A stretch of DNA of 64,000 nucleotides from Octopus bimaculoides (taxonomy: Eukaryota). Below are positions 50,771-63,229 of this stretch, piece by piece; position 1 is the stretch's first letter, and every line of letters starts with the position of its first letter. A program made the position numbers and the translations under genes. Under the pieces are notes generated by a model. It was given only the letters and a program-made list of their open reading frames with translations, was not told where the DNA came from and did no database searches. The stretch spans positions 1,741,622 to 1,805,621 of the forward strand of contig NC_068985.1 in assembly GCF_001194135.2 (NCBI RefSeq), in the 5' to 3' direction.

Positions 50771-51814
50771 AATGATGGAATATATATATATATATANNNN
50801 NNNNNNNNNNNNNNNNNNNNNNNNNNNNNNNNNNNNNNNNNNNNNNNNNNNNNNNNNNNNTATATATGTATGTACATATGAAAGGCCAGTGATTGGTTAA
50901 TTGATTAATTGATCAAATGATTATCAAGTAATCAATTAGTTAATTGTATATTTTGTTAGTTAGTTGACCTGTAGTCAAAAATGACACACATGATCGAATG
51001 AACCATAACCATAGCATATGAACAATCAATAATTCTTTTTACAACCCAAAGAGTTTCTACATAACTTTTGCTGTCAAATCAGAAACAAGCAATTTTACTA
51101 TTCTTTCTAAACTTCCTTAATAAACGTGGGCTTTCTTCTTCCTCTTCAACATTTTCCTTTCTTTTTTACATTCTAGTTTTTCGTCTTCTTCCCTCAAATT
51201 TCTTTTTTCACTCACCTAATTAAAAAGTTCATGATGACATTTCTTTATATGCAACAAAATACACCAAAATTACTGCTAGATTGCTCCTTTATCAATGTGA
51301 AACACAAAATATTTATAAATTATTCTGACAAAGAGCTGTTTGTTTACTACAGATCTGCTTTCCTCATCAGTGCTAAGAGTGAGACATATAAAATGATCTC
51401 AACATGTCCAAAAAGATGCAACGAGACCAAAGACAGGGCCATCTGTACTATTCAATTCCAAAAGGAGTGCTGATGGTCATCTGATACTCAGCATCTGTTA
51501 CTGCTGCCTTTGCTGCTCTAAATTCAGGAAATGAAAGTATTTGTGATACAACACTTGTGATATATTCCACAAGACCATCTGCAACTGCTGAACTCAGGAC
51601 ATCTCCAACAAGAATACCAAAGAACCAGTTCCCTTATGAATACTGACCAACTATACATGCTGACCAGCTTTACACATGTAAAAGAGAGTTAAGGCATGAA
51701 ATGTGTATTTTAGTTAAACTATTTTACATGGATATCAAAGAGTATCTCAACAGACATATCGCATCATTGAAGAAAACTTCTAGAAATGCAGTAATATGAA
51801 CACATTGCATTCAT

Positions 51815-52382
51815 CATGGCTGTGTGAGGAAGTGCGACTCCCTAACTGTAGAAGGAATCTGTGGAAGAGGTAGACCTAGGAAGACATGGGATGAGATGGT
51901 GAAACACGACCTTTAAACATTGGGCCTCACAGAGACAATGACGGGAGACTGGGATCTTTGGAGATATGCTGTAATTGAGAAGACCTGGTAACTAAAGTGA
52001 GATCACAGCCATTCATGTCCAGCCCTATTAAGAATACTCCTAATGTGTTGGGTGATATGATACAATATGCTTGAGATGACCTGTTGAGTCAAGTAAAACC
52101 AATATTGTAGCTGTAGCCAGTGCCCCCTGATTGGCTCCCATGCCAGTGGCGTCTAAAATGCACCATCCAAACATGGTTGATGCCAGGTTCACCTGACTGG
52201 TTTCCCTGCCGGTGGCATGCAAAAAGCACCCACTACACTCTTGGAGTGGTACGCATTAGGAAGGGCATCCAGCTGTAGAAACATTGCCTGACAAGATTGG
52301 AGTCTGGTGTAGCCTCAGTCAAACTGTTCAACCCATGCCAGCATGGAAAAACGGTCATTAAACAACGATGATGATGATGATG
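51815..52382 (+). mobile_element. RTE 3' end with RT C-terminus and full 3' UTR
   Basis: RKCDSLTVEGICGRGRPRKTWDEMVKHDL*TLGL...LWRYAVIEKT runs into the family 3' UTR and (gat)n tail. Confidence 0.9.
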
Positions 52383-53213
52383 TATGCATATAGATATGTA
52401 TATATGTATCATATATATATATATATATATATATAAATGGCAAATCATTATTGCTTACTGGCCACTAATATTATTGTTATTATTATTTATATATTTACTG
52501 CTAATAAAAATTATAATAATAACAATAATAACATTTATACAAATATTCATTCGACTATTTACTCATTTATCATATATGTACATGTATGTATACATGTATG
52601 AACGAATAACAGAACCTATAGAGATGGAATATGGAATAAGTGAGAAACTTTATTGTCGACAACAATCATTTCGACACATCGTGCATGGCTCCTTCATGAG
52701 TGAGAAACTACGCAATTAATTTCGATACCTTCCACAGTGTAGAAGCATCTCATTAGGTGATGTAATGCTGTGCCTCGTTACATAATCAAAGTTTCGTTTA
52801 TTCCTATTCAGTGGAGCGTGTCATAAGTGGTCGTAGCTGAAATGCATTGAGAAGAAATGGCAAGAAACAGGTTTAGTTATGAAGCTAGAGATACAAACAG
52901 GAAGTAATTAAGGAAAATGGGGAAAATACAAAGAACAAGGAAAATAAAGCATACGAAAGTATTTTATCATATGAAGAGATATCAAAAGTGTATTCTCAAG
53001 AATAATGAAGGTGAGTAAGGTGAGCATAAGAGAAGGGGGGAGAGTACAAAGGATTGGGAAGGTGAGTGGAGTGGCAGAAGTAGTGGTGATTGTCTGCTGC
53101 TGGTGGTATGTATGATGTGCTTTTGTGCACCATGTAACCACATGAGAGCTTTTTCTTTTAGTAAACATCGTAGCACTTGTGTGTTCTGATGTGACGTCAA
53201 CTTTTAACATTAC

Positions 53214-53500
53214 TTACAATGGACAGATAGGTGTCCCCCACTTTGTTTGTTGTTATCACAACATTTCAGCTGATGTACTCTCCAGCTTTCATCAGGTGTT
53301 CTGGTGTAATTTCAGAAAAAAAAAAAAAAAACAGGAATACCTTAGGAATGGGTTGGGTTCGAAATTCTACCAGAACACCTGATGAAGTCTGGAAGGTACA
53401 TCAACTGAAACATTGTGGTAACAAAAAACGAGGTGAGGACACATATCCGTCCAATGTAAATAATGGACATAATCCTCATCCCAAAAATATAGAATAGCAT
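53214..53500. mobile_element. Inverted pair of Penelope-type terminal repeats, each with a decayed hammerhead motif
   Basis: Arms at 53214-53313 and 53361-53459 are reverse complements with a 47-nt spacer; CTGATGA...GAAA is present on each outward-reading strand. Confidence 0.75.
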
Positions 53501-54143
53501 CAACTTTTAAGTTGTGAATATTTCACCTTTTGGTATTAATACTGTCACTATTTATTATATATATATATATATNNNNNNNNNNNNNNNNNNNNNNNNNNNN
53601 NNNNNNNNNNNNNNNNNNNNNNNNNNNNNNNNNNNNNNNNNNNNNNNNNNNNNNNNNNNNNNNNNNNNNNNNNNNNNNNNNNNNNNNNNNNNNNNNNNNN
53701 NNNNNNNNNNNNNNNNNNNNNNNNNNNNNNNNNNNNNNNNNNNNNNNNNNNNNNNNNNNNNNNNNNNNNNNNNNNNNNNNNNNNNNNNNNNNNNNNNNNN
53801 NNNNNNNNNNNNNNNNNNNNNNNNNNNNNNNNNNNNNNNNNNNNNNNNNNNNNNNNNNNNNNNNNNNNNNNNNNNNNNNNNNNNNNNNNNNNNNNNNNNN
53901 NNNNNNNNNNNNNNNNNNNNNNNNNNNNNNNNNNNNNNNNNNNNNNNNNNNNNNNNNNNNNNNNNNNNNNNNNNNNNNNNNNNNNNNNNNNNNNNNNNNN
54001 NNNNNNNNNNNNNNNNNNNNNNNNNNNNNNNNNNNNNNNNNNNNNNNNNNNNNNNNNNNNNNNNNNNNNNNNNNNNNNNNNNNNNNNNNNNNNNNNNNNN
54101 NNNNNNNNNNNNNNNNNNNNNNNNNNNNNNNNNNNNNNNNNNN

Positions 54144-54175
<32 letters not shown>

Positions 54176-54309
54176 CCCCTGCTAGCATGGGAGACATACA
54201 TTAAACGGTGAGGATGATGATGTGTGTGTACATATTTGTAGATATTTGTGTTGTATAAAAATATATTTAAATATGTTATATAATTCCTTTTAATACTTTC
54301 TTTTATATA

Positions 54310-54730
54310 GGTGCAGGAGTGGTTGTGTGGTAAGTATCTTGCTTCCTTGTTCCTGGTTCAGTCCCACTGCATGGCATCTTGGACAAGTGTCTTCTACTAT
54401 AGCCTCAGACCGACCAAAGCCTTGTGTGTGGATCTGGTAGATGGAAACTGAAAGAAGCCTGTCATATATATAGATATATATGCATGTGTGCATGTTTGTG
54501 TGTGTGTATGTGTGTGTGTTTGTGTGTCTGTCTTTGTCCCCACCATTGCTTGACAACCAATGCTGGTGTGTTTACGTCTCTGTAACTTAATGGTTCGGCA
54601 AGAGAGTCTGATGGAATAAGTACTAGGCTTACAAAAAATACATCCTGGGGTCGATTTGTTCAACTAGAGGCGGTGCTCCAGCATGGCTGCAGTCAAATGA
54701 CTGAAACAAGTAAAAGAGTAAAGAGTATAT
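54310..54730 (+). mobile_element. SINE family B (near full length)
   Basis: ggtgcaggagtggttgtgtggtaag head through the (aaagagt)n tail. Confidence 0.9.
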
Positions 54731-55295
54731 ATGAGGTGCACATGAAAATATACACCTCTTGTATTTTAGAAATAAATGTGCATGCCTTGTGCGTATGTGC
54801 ATCCAACTACACATCTAGTAATCTAAACATAAATGTACGAATACATAGAAGAGTCTTGATATACACAATGGCACACACAAACACTTACCATGCACACACA
54901 CACATTACCACACATGCATACACACAAGCACACACACAAGCACATACGCATGTGGTATAGACTGAGATAATTAATGTCTGCAAACGAAGAGATGAAACCT
55001 GCACAGTGTCTAGTATCCATTGCACACTTCCTCCGTTATTTATGAGGGAAAGAGATGAGAGACAAAGAGACAAACATACTGAGAGGCTGACAGACAGATG
55101 GTCTGATGTTGCCCAATCCTATGTCATTGATATCATCATGCCTAAGTCATCACTTCAGTAGTGTAATGTTTTCCATAATCTTGAAACTGGGTTTTTTCTT
55201 CTTTTAGTATGGATCAATCTCGGAAGATACCATTTACCACTTTCCCACCTCACACACGTACACGCACATACACACTGCTGTGCATATGTAGACAA

Positions 55296-55341
<46 letters not shown>

Positions 55342-55514
55342 ATGCAGACTTACATATGCACACGCATGCACACGCAGGCACACAGGTAAATATATTTGAA
55401 CACACAAACCCATTCGTTCATACATATGCACCCACACAAACTAGAAATGGAGGAAAGTGTTTCTGTAAATTATGTGTCCATTTGGCAATAAACTCAGTCA
55501 AAGCAAACATCTAT

Positions 55515-55544
55515 GGCAAGAAGAAGAAGAAGAAGAAGAAGAAG

Positions 55545-55576
<32 letters not shown>

Positions 55577-55800
55577 GAAGGAGAAGAAGAAGAAGAAGGA
55601 GAAGGAGAAGAAGAAGAAGAAGAAGAAGAAGAAGAAGAAGAAGAAGGAGAAGAAGAAGAAGAAGAAGGAGAAGAAGAAGAAGAAGAAGAAGAAGAACAAC
55701 AACAACAACAACAACAACAACAGTGACATCCTCAGTAATAAAACGAACATCGTCAACAACAACAGCAATGACAACAACAACAACAACAGTAACAATAGCA
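55515..55800. repeat. Compound (GAA/GGA)n then (CAA)n microsatellite
   Basis: Direct sequence; explains the poly-E/R/Q/L ORFs. Confidence 0.98.
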
Positions 55801-56632
55801 ACCATAGCAAAATTTGCAATTTCTAAGCAAAAGGCAAAGAGAGTTGTAATAGCTGTAAGAAGAGCAGAAATAATTACGACTGAGCAAAGAAGCCTCCACA
55901 CGAAAGCTTACCCCACACTAGAAACAGCAGCCAAATGTCTAATCTTGCAGCATGGTATCAGTAGATTAATTAATCCATATTTTGTCTGGCATCTCTTTCT
56001 ACAGATCATCTTTTTGACAAAGTTACTACTCTGGCTAAAGCAATGACCAGGACTGAGTGTTCAATATCTGGGCAGATTCTTACAGTTTTCTATAAATTAG
56101 TTGATATAGTCACTGAAATATCAGTCGTTATTCCGTTAAAACTCCATAATGGGCAAGAATAACAATATTTTCAGAGGAAGAATGGTTATTAAGTAGAATC
56201 ATTCGGAAAGTCTCATCTAGATAACCTTCTACTTGAGAACAATAGACAACTTCCCAAAATTCCTGATCTGGTAATGCTACTAGGGGAAGGGCAATACTAT
56301 TCCAGGTTAAATTCTACAGACATATAAAGAGAAGTACCATCAAGCCAGGTCTATCCAAACATCAAAACATACTCATTGTGTCTAAGCTTCACCGACCAGT
56401 GTAAATATGTGAAATAGTTGGAAAATTACTATTTTTAAATCTCACAACAAGAGATATTCATTAACAGTACTTTGGAGTAAAGATTGTTTGCCAACATAAC
56501 ATGGCAGTCCTGGTTTAGGATGAACGTTGCTGTAATTTCGCCCCAGGAGACATCATCTCCAGCTGGCTATATGACACGATCTGTGTCCTTATATTTTCAA
56601 ACAAGGGAATTCAGCACCCCCACTCAGTTCAA

Positions 56633-56693
56633 AACAATATCTGTGTATCATGATTTCCAGGTTATTTCCTTTCATCAGCACAGAATAATTGTT
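56633..56693 (-). ncRNA. Minimal type I hammerhead ribozyme motif
   Basis: Minus strand: aacaat-tat-TCTGTG CTGATGA a-AGG-aaataa-CCT-g GAAA tca-tga TA CACAGA-t-attgtt. It has the core boxes, a 6+6 bp stem I, a 3 bp stem II, a palindromic stem III (ATCATGAT) and an AUA cleavage triplet. Confidence 0.65.
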
Positions 56694-57034
56694 TGAGTAG
56701 AGGTGAAATAGTTGTTTAGCAAGCATTCCATTGTGGACATTGTTCTCCTCTATGTGACAGCTATATGATTGCTTGGTCAGACCTAGTTTGGGATTAACCA
56801 ACAACAACATATTCACTTTACATGAAACCACTGCTGTTATTCCAACAACACTGCAGCTATCACCAAGAGGTACCACTTCACATACTACCACTGCAGCTAC
56901 TACTAAACAGTGTTGGTTAACACCACATCACAATAACCCCTACAAGCCAAAGTGACAGCCAGTGTAGATGCTTAATCTGCTGGAAACAGCAGCTGTATCT
57001 CTCTTCAATACACCCTACAATATTATAATGGAGG

Positions 57035-57170
57035 TGCATAACCTAAGGGTTCAGGTGTTGTACTTATGGTCATCAGATCATGGGTTCAAATTCTGGCTCA
57101 GGCAGCATGTTGTGTTCTTGAGCAAAATACTTCATTTCACGTTGTTCCAGTGCTGTGTGGAGACCAGCAT
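57035..57170 (+). mobile_element. SINE family C head
   Basis: gggttcaaattc..gttgtgttcttgagcaaaatacttcatttcacgttgttccagt. Confidence 0.7.
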
Positions 57171-58342
57171 GTGAAAGAATTGACTAAATATTTCCTCTGT
57201 GTGTCATAAAAGGTAACTAAAAGAGGTGGGATTTGCAGTCCAACCTCCTAAAAGCCTCACTTGCAACAACTGCCTAAACACACCCATGTGTTGGAAGGTT
57301 GTCACCTGAACAGTGCAAAGGTATCATCCACCAAGAGTAGCAGGGAATCACCAACAAATGGTGGATGCAGTGACAGACTGCTGTTACAGTGCATGTCCCC
57401 CACCCCTCATACTATTGCTATCTTAGAAAAAGAGACATTGCATTGTGTAGTCTGAGATACAGAGTCTGATCAGCTACTCAGGGCTAGAATACTTGGAATA
57501 AAAATCTGTTAAATCTTGGGCCAAACAAGAAGAGTAGCCGTGATTAGATTGGCCTAGTTCTCTCCACATGGCACCAGATTCCTCACCAAATCAGTTACTA
57601 CAACACAACCACTACTAACACCACATCACTACTTCCACCACACTCACAAGACACCATCGACAAGAAGAGACACTGCTTAGGTCATTATAGCCACCACATC
57701 ACTTTAGTGACTGTAATTACTGAAACATCATTGTAGCCATCACATCCTGACAACATTAGTTGACTGACCAACACTCTCAGCATTACAGATGACAGAATAG
57801 GGATCACCACCACCACCACCATCACCACTACAAGCACCACCACAATCACCACAACCATTACCACCATCACCATTTTCATCCCCCCACCAAAGCCATCAAA
57901 GCCACTCCACCACCAAAATCACTCATCAACCATCACCACCACCATCACCACCACCACCACCATCACCACCACCACCACCATCACCACCACCACCATACTG
58001 TTATAGTCATATGACCTGCTGGTTTGATTGTAACCCTATCAGCTCAACACTTTTAAGAATTATTAGTTAAAAAGTTGAAGTAGTATAGGAAGGGGGAAGA
58101 TCCCTGACCGTTTTACGGGGGGGGGGGGCTCCCTGGCTGGTGGGAAGAAGAGGGAAAGTTATTCTCAGATTGAAGACCTGATAAAGGGACCCAAGATCAA
58201 GGTGGTGTATTAAACGAAGCAAAGAATTAAGTTTACCCCCCACCCCCACACCAAGATCACCGTGAATGCATCTCACTGTACCTCACCACATCACCTCAAC
58301 ACATTGAGTTCAATTTAATCAACTCCTAACACCAACGTTATC

Positions 58343-58378
<36 letters not shown>

Positions 58379-58889
58379 CAATACTTGGCCTTCTGCCGGC
58401 TCCCATGAAACCCTATATGTCAACAGTTTGTTCTGCGGGTGGCTTTTTGCCAAATTGATAAAATCCTGATAATTTTACACTGGTTTAGCACAGAAACACC
58501 TTTGTTGACTTATTTCAGTTTGTGTCCACAACATTGCTTTCTATTTCCCACCAATTTCTTGTGAATTTCCTGCCATATTTTAAATAATTCTCTCTTCTTT
58601 ATATCCTCTATCATTACTGAATCCGACCTATTTATTTTACCCCTTCCAATTTCCTCGTCACCGCCACTTTCATCAAAACATCAAAACTGATTTCACAAGT
58701 TCACATCACCATGTTTATTTTATTCCCTTACTTTATTTTTTTTTTTTTTTTATTAAAACTCCTGATATTTCATTCATATTGTTTGTTTTTATGTTTGTTT
58801 ACTGGTTTCTTGCTGTTATTTTCTTTGTTGACTACAATTCTATTGCTTTGGAGAATATGTCATGACATCTGTGAAATCTCACCATATCT

Positions 58890-59363
58890 CTCTTTCTCCT
58901 CCTCTCTCTCTCTCTCGCTTTCTCTCTATCTGTTCACATTTCACTATTTACCCATTATATACAGATGCATATATATATATCTGCTTATGTTTGTGCATAT
59001 GTATATATATATATATACATTTATATGCATATATATATAATGTACACACACATGTGTATACATTCACATATGTATACACAAACATATATATATATACACA
59101 CACGCATGTATATATATATATATATATAGGTATGTATGTGTGTGTATACATATGTGTGTGTAGAGAAAAAGTGAGAAAGAGAGCAATGGAGAAGTAAGAG
59201 AGAAAAACATACACACAAGCATTACATACAAATACATATATGTGTGCATAAATACACACATACATATATACACATATGTATGTATCTATGTATGCATTGG
59301 TGTATATATACGTATATATGTGTGTTTAAATGCATTTGTGTGTGTATCTGTGTGTGTCTATAC

Positions 59364-59399
<36 letters not shown>

Positions 59400-59560
59400 G
59401 TTTCTTTGTATATACACATGTAAAGAGATAAATAAATAGATTGATAGATGGATATATATAGATAGATACATACATACATGTACACATACATACATACATG
59501 TGTGTGTGTATGAGTGTGTGTGCGTGTGTGTGTACTCATACAAACACATGTATGTATGTG
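58890..59560. repeat. Mixed (AT)/(AC)/(ATAC) low-complexity tract
   Basis: Direct sequence. Confidence 0.95.
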
Positions 59561-60139
59561 TGGAAGGTGATGCAGCATTTGTTTTCGTGTACCTCAGCTT
59601 GTCTCTTTCATCCGTCTGTTTATATCTGATTCAGATTCTATCAGTTTGTCTACTTCTCGCAAAGGTGTGGAGGGACTGAAATTTTATATTTAAAAAAAAA
59701 AAACAAATCGTGTATCACACACTATATTTCAATTATTGTGAACATCTTGGTGATCATTCTTCATTCTTCAGTTCAGGCAACTTGAACAATGCCATCTTCT
59801 GGTTCAAATGACTTTTTAACCCAACGACCAACATCTGTCTGTAAAACTATAAAACTGATTCCTTGCTTTATTGTCTGTTTAAGTAACTTTACACCTGAAA
59901 CTAGATAAAAAAAATATGTGTTGGGTCAGTGGAGTGAGCGTGGCAACACAAGTGAAAGACTGTCTGAAGGAGACATTTAAGTTGCCTTTTATATCTATAG
60001 AGCAATGCATATTTATGCTTCCCTCTCTTTCGACTTTTTCTTTGCCTTTCACTCTTTCTCTCCCCTTCTCTTTCTCTCCCTCTCCTCTATCTCCCCCTCT
60101 CCCTCCTCTCTCTCCCCCTCTGCACATACACACAAGGGT

Positions 60140-60550
60140 TGTAACGGCAGAATTATTACTTTGCCAGACAAAACGTTTGCTAATATTTCTTCCAGCTTTT
60201 ATCATTCTGAGTTCAAATTCCACTGAGGCTGGCTTTACTGTTCATCCCTCTCAGGGTCGATGGAATAAACATCAGTTGTGCACTGGGGGTTGCTGTAATT
60301 GGCTTACCCACTCCCATGAAATTGCCGGCTTTGTGCTGAAATTTGAAACGAAAAAAAGCAGTAAGCTGAGAATTAATGCTTAGCAGTATTTCATCCATGT
60401 TTGCATTCTGAGTTCAAATCCCATTGAGGTCAACTTTACCTTTTATCCTTTTGGGGTCGATAAAACAAGTACTAGTTGATCACTGGGGTCGATGTAGTTG
60501 AATAAACCCCCTACCCAGAAATTACTGGTGTTGTACTAAAACTTGAAATC
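60140..60550 (+). mobile_element. Two decayed family A-related SINE copies in tandem
   Basis: ttctgagttcaaattcc..gaggtcaacttt..tcatcc core occurs twice. Confidence 0.7.
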
Positions 60551-60569
60551 ACAGAGGCAATCACAAGTG

Positions 60570-61230
60570 ACCGAGACCTTTAGAGATATGCCGTTCTTGA
60601 GAAGAGCCATTAAGCCAAGTGAGATTGTAGTTGTGGCCGATGTCAGTACCATCTGACTGGCACCTGTGCTGGTGGCACATAAAAAAGCACCATACAAGAA
60701 TTGGGCCTCGTGGAGGTAGTGATGTCAAGCCAAGTGAGATCGTAGTTGTGGTCAATGCCACTGTTGCATAACTGGCCTCTTAAAAGCCCCCCCCCCCGCT
60801 TCAATTATTGGGCAATATGCTGTGCTGTTGGGCCAAATGAAATTGTAGTCAAGGTCAATGCCAGTGCCACCTGACTGGCACCTATGCCGATGGCCTGTAA
60901 AAAGCAAAGCACCATTCAAGCATTGGGCCTCATGGAGGCAGTGACAGGTGACCAAGACCTTTGGCAATATACTGTGCTAGTGCGGATTTGCCAAGCCAGG
61001 TGTAACCATAGACATGGCTGACGCCAGTGTCAGTTCAATAGCATTTGTGCCAGTGGCATACAAAAAGCATCCACTACACTCTTGGAGTGGTTGGCATTAT
61101 GAAGGGCATCCAGCTGTTGAGACCTTGCCAAATCAGATTGGAACCTGGTACAGCCCCCTGTTTTCAGTCAAACCATCCAACCCATGCCAACATGGAAAGT
61201 AGACATTAAACGATGATGATGATGATGATT
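60570..61230 (+). mobile_element. RTE 3' end with multiplied UTR modules
   Basis: Repeated gatatgctgtgct..gaaga/aagccaagtgagat modules and tail. Confidence 0.85.
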
Positions 61231-61602
61231 ACATTATTCTTATTAACCGACATATGTCACTGAAATTGCACATGTCGGTAGAGTAATACTTCCTCCATAA
61301 AAAGTTACCCATCAATGTTGTTTCCATCACAAATGATGCATTTGAACTATTGTTGAACCCATGTATAAATATATATATATCTTTTATCTTTTACTGGTTT
61401 CACTCATTAGACGGAGGCCATGCTGGGGTACAACCTTAATGAATCTTAGTTAACCAAACCAAATCCAGTACTTGGGATAGAGAAGAAAAAAATGGGGCTG
61501 AAGAAACCAGAATGAACTTTACTAACCATTCCCAGCCTACATACTAAAGTAACTCTTTCTAGCACTTCCCACCCAACTACGATTAGAAAGACTCATTTAT
61601 TT

Positions 61603-61775
61603 GCAGGTGCAGATGTGGCTGTGTGGTAAGAAGCTTGCTTCCCAACCACATGGTTCTGGGTTCAGACCTAACTGCGTGGCGCCTTCAACAAGTGTCTTCT
61701 ACTATAGCCTTAGGTCAACCAAAGCCTTCCGAGTGGATTTGGTAGATAGAAACTAAAAGAATCCCATCATATATC
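61603..61775 (+). mobile_element. SINE family B head
   Basis: gcaggtgcagatgtggctgtgtggtaagaagcttgc... Confidence 0.85.
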
Positions 61776-62135
61776 ATCATCATCATCATCATCATCATCG
61801 TTTAACGTCCATTTTCCATGCTGGCATGGGTTGGCCAGTTTGATTGTGGTCTGGAAAGCCAGCGGCTGCACCAGGCTCCAATCTGATCTGGTAATGTTTC
61901 TACAACTGGATGCCCTTCCTAACGCCAACTACTCCAAGAGTGTAGTGGGTGCTTTTTACGTGCCACTGGCACAAGAGTCAGTCAGGTAGACCGACAATGA
62001 TCACGTTCAGTGCTTTTTACATGCCACCAGGACAGGAGCCAGTCAGGGGGAATACGCTACAGCTATGATTTTGCTTTTACTTGACTCAACAGGCTTTCTC
62101 AAGCATATTGTATCACCTGACATGTCAAGGGTACT
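61772..62135 (-). mobile_element. RTE 3'-end repeat abutting a SINE head
   Basis: Family motifs. Confidence 0.85.
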
Positions 62136-62205
62136 TTTAAATGGGCCGGACATGCAACACTAGAATCGCCCATGACTGCAATCTCAATTTAGCTGCCAGG
62201 TCTTA

Positions 62206-62240
<35 letters not shown>

Positions 62241-62250
62241 NNNNNNNNNN

Positions 62251-62295
<45 letters not shown>

Positions 62296-62299
62296 GGGT

Positions 62300-62505
62300 G
62301 TGTCTTTGTGTCTGATTGTCACTCACCACCACTTGACAACTGGTGTTTGTATATTTATCTACATGTAACTTAACAGCTCAGCAAATAGTGACCAATAGAA
62401 TATGTGGCAGGCTTAAAAAGATGAATGGGGTAGATTCATTTGACTTAAGATTTTCAAGATGATGCCACAGCATGGCCAACACTCTAATGACTGAAACAAG
62501 TAAAA
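62300..62505 (+). mobile_element. SINE family B 3' half
   Basis: ttgacaac..gtaacttaac..cagcatggcc..atgactgaaacaagtaaaag. Confidence 0.7.
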
Positions 62506-62961
62506 GATGCAAGTGAAAAAACTTATTTGGACATAGAGAAGAAAGTTCTAAGGGNNNNNNNNNNAGGGTAAGTAGGGGGACGGTGAATGAGAGATGGAAA
62601 TGGGGGGGGGGGTTCAGGTGTATACAGCAGTGAATAGTGAACAAGGAGAGTAAGTTTGGGTTGAGGGACAATGGTAAGAGAGAGAGAGCTGGATATCAAT
62701 GGAGGGAGGTTGAAAAGGGGAGAGGAAGTGATGACTGGCAGTTCAGAAATGTTGATAATAGATAATTAGGGGTTTTGCTTTTATCAATTTTCAGCAGCAG
62801 AATTTTATACAGTAGCTAGAAGAGTGATGGAGGGATCAGTTTTAGGGAAATGAATATCTGCTGACATCACTCATTTTCACCTACGTATTTTCATGTCTGA
62901 ATGTATGTATGTAGGTGTGTATATGTGTGTGTGCGTGTGTGTGTGTGTGTATGTGCGTGTT

Positions 62962-62997
<36 letters not shown>

Positions 62998-63003
62998 TAT
63001 ATA

Positions 63004-63075
63004 TACAGCATACCCTCACTTATTTGTGGTTCGGCCTTTGCGGTCCCAGTTATTCATAGAACAAATAATTGTTCA
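63004..63075 (+). mobile_element. pogo/Tigger-like TIR relic
   Basis: TA-cagcataccctcacttatttgtggttc...tttgcgg. Confidence 0.45.
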
Positions 63076-63129
63076 CAGAAACCACCAAGTAGTAAATATC
63101 ATCTGCAATTTTTTATGACTTCTGTCGTG

Positions 63130-63167
<38 letters not shown>

Positions 63168-63188
63168 TTATTATTATCATTATTATCA

Positions 63189-63229
<41 letters not shown>

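Noticed and set aside
56960-56995. GAAACAGCAGCTGTA as the plus-strand partner of the 56.6-kb hammerhead
   Set aside because: It has a stem III-like near-palindrome but no CTGANGA box and no homology to the left motif.
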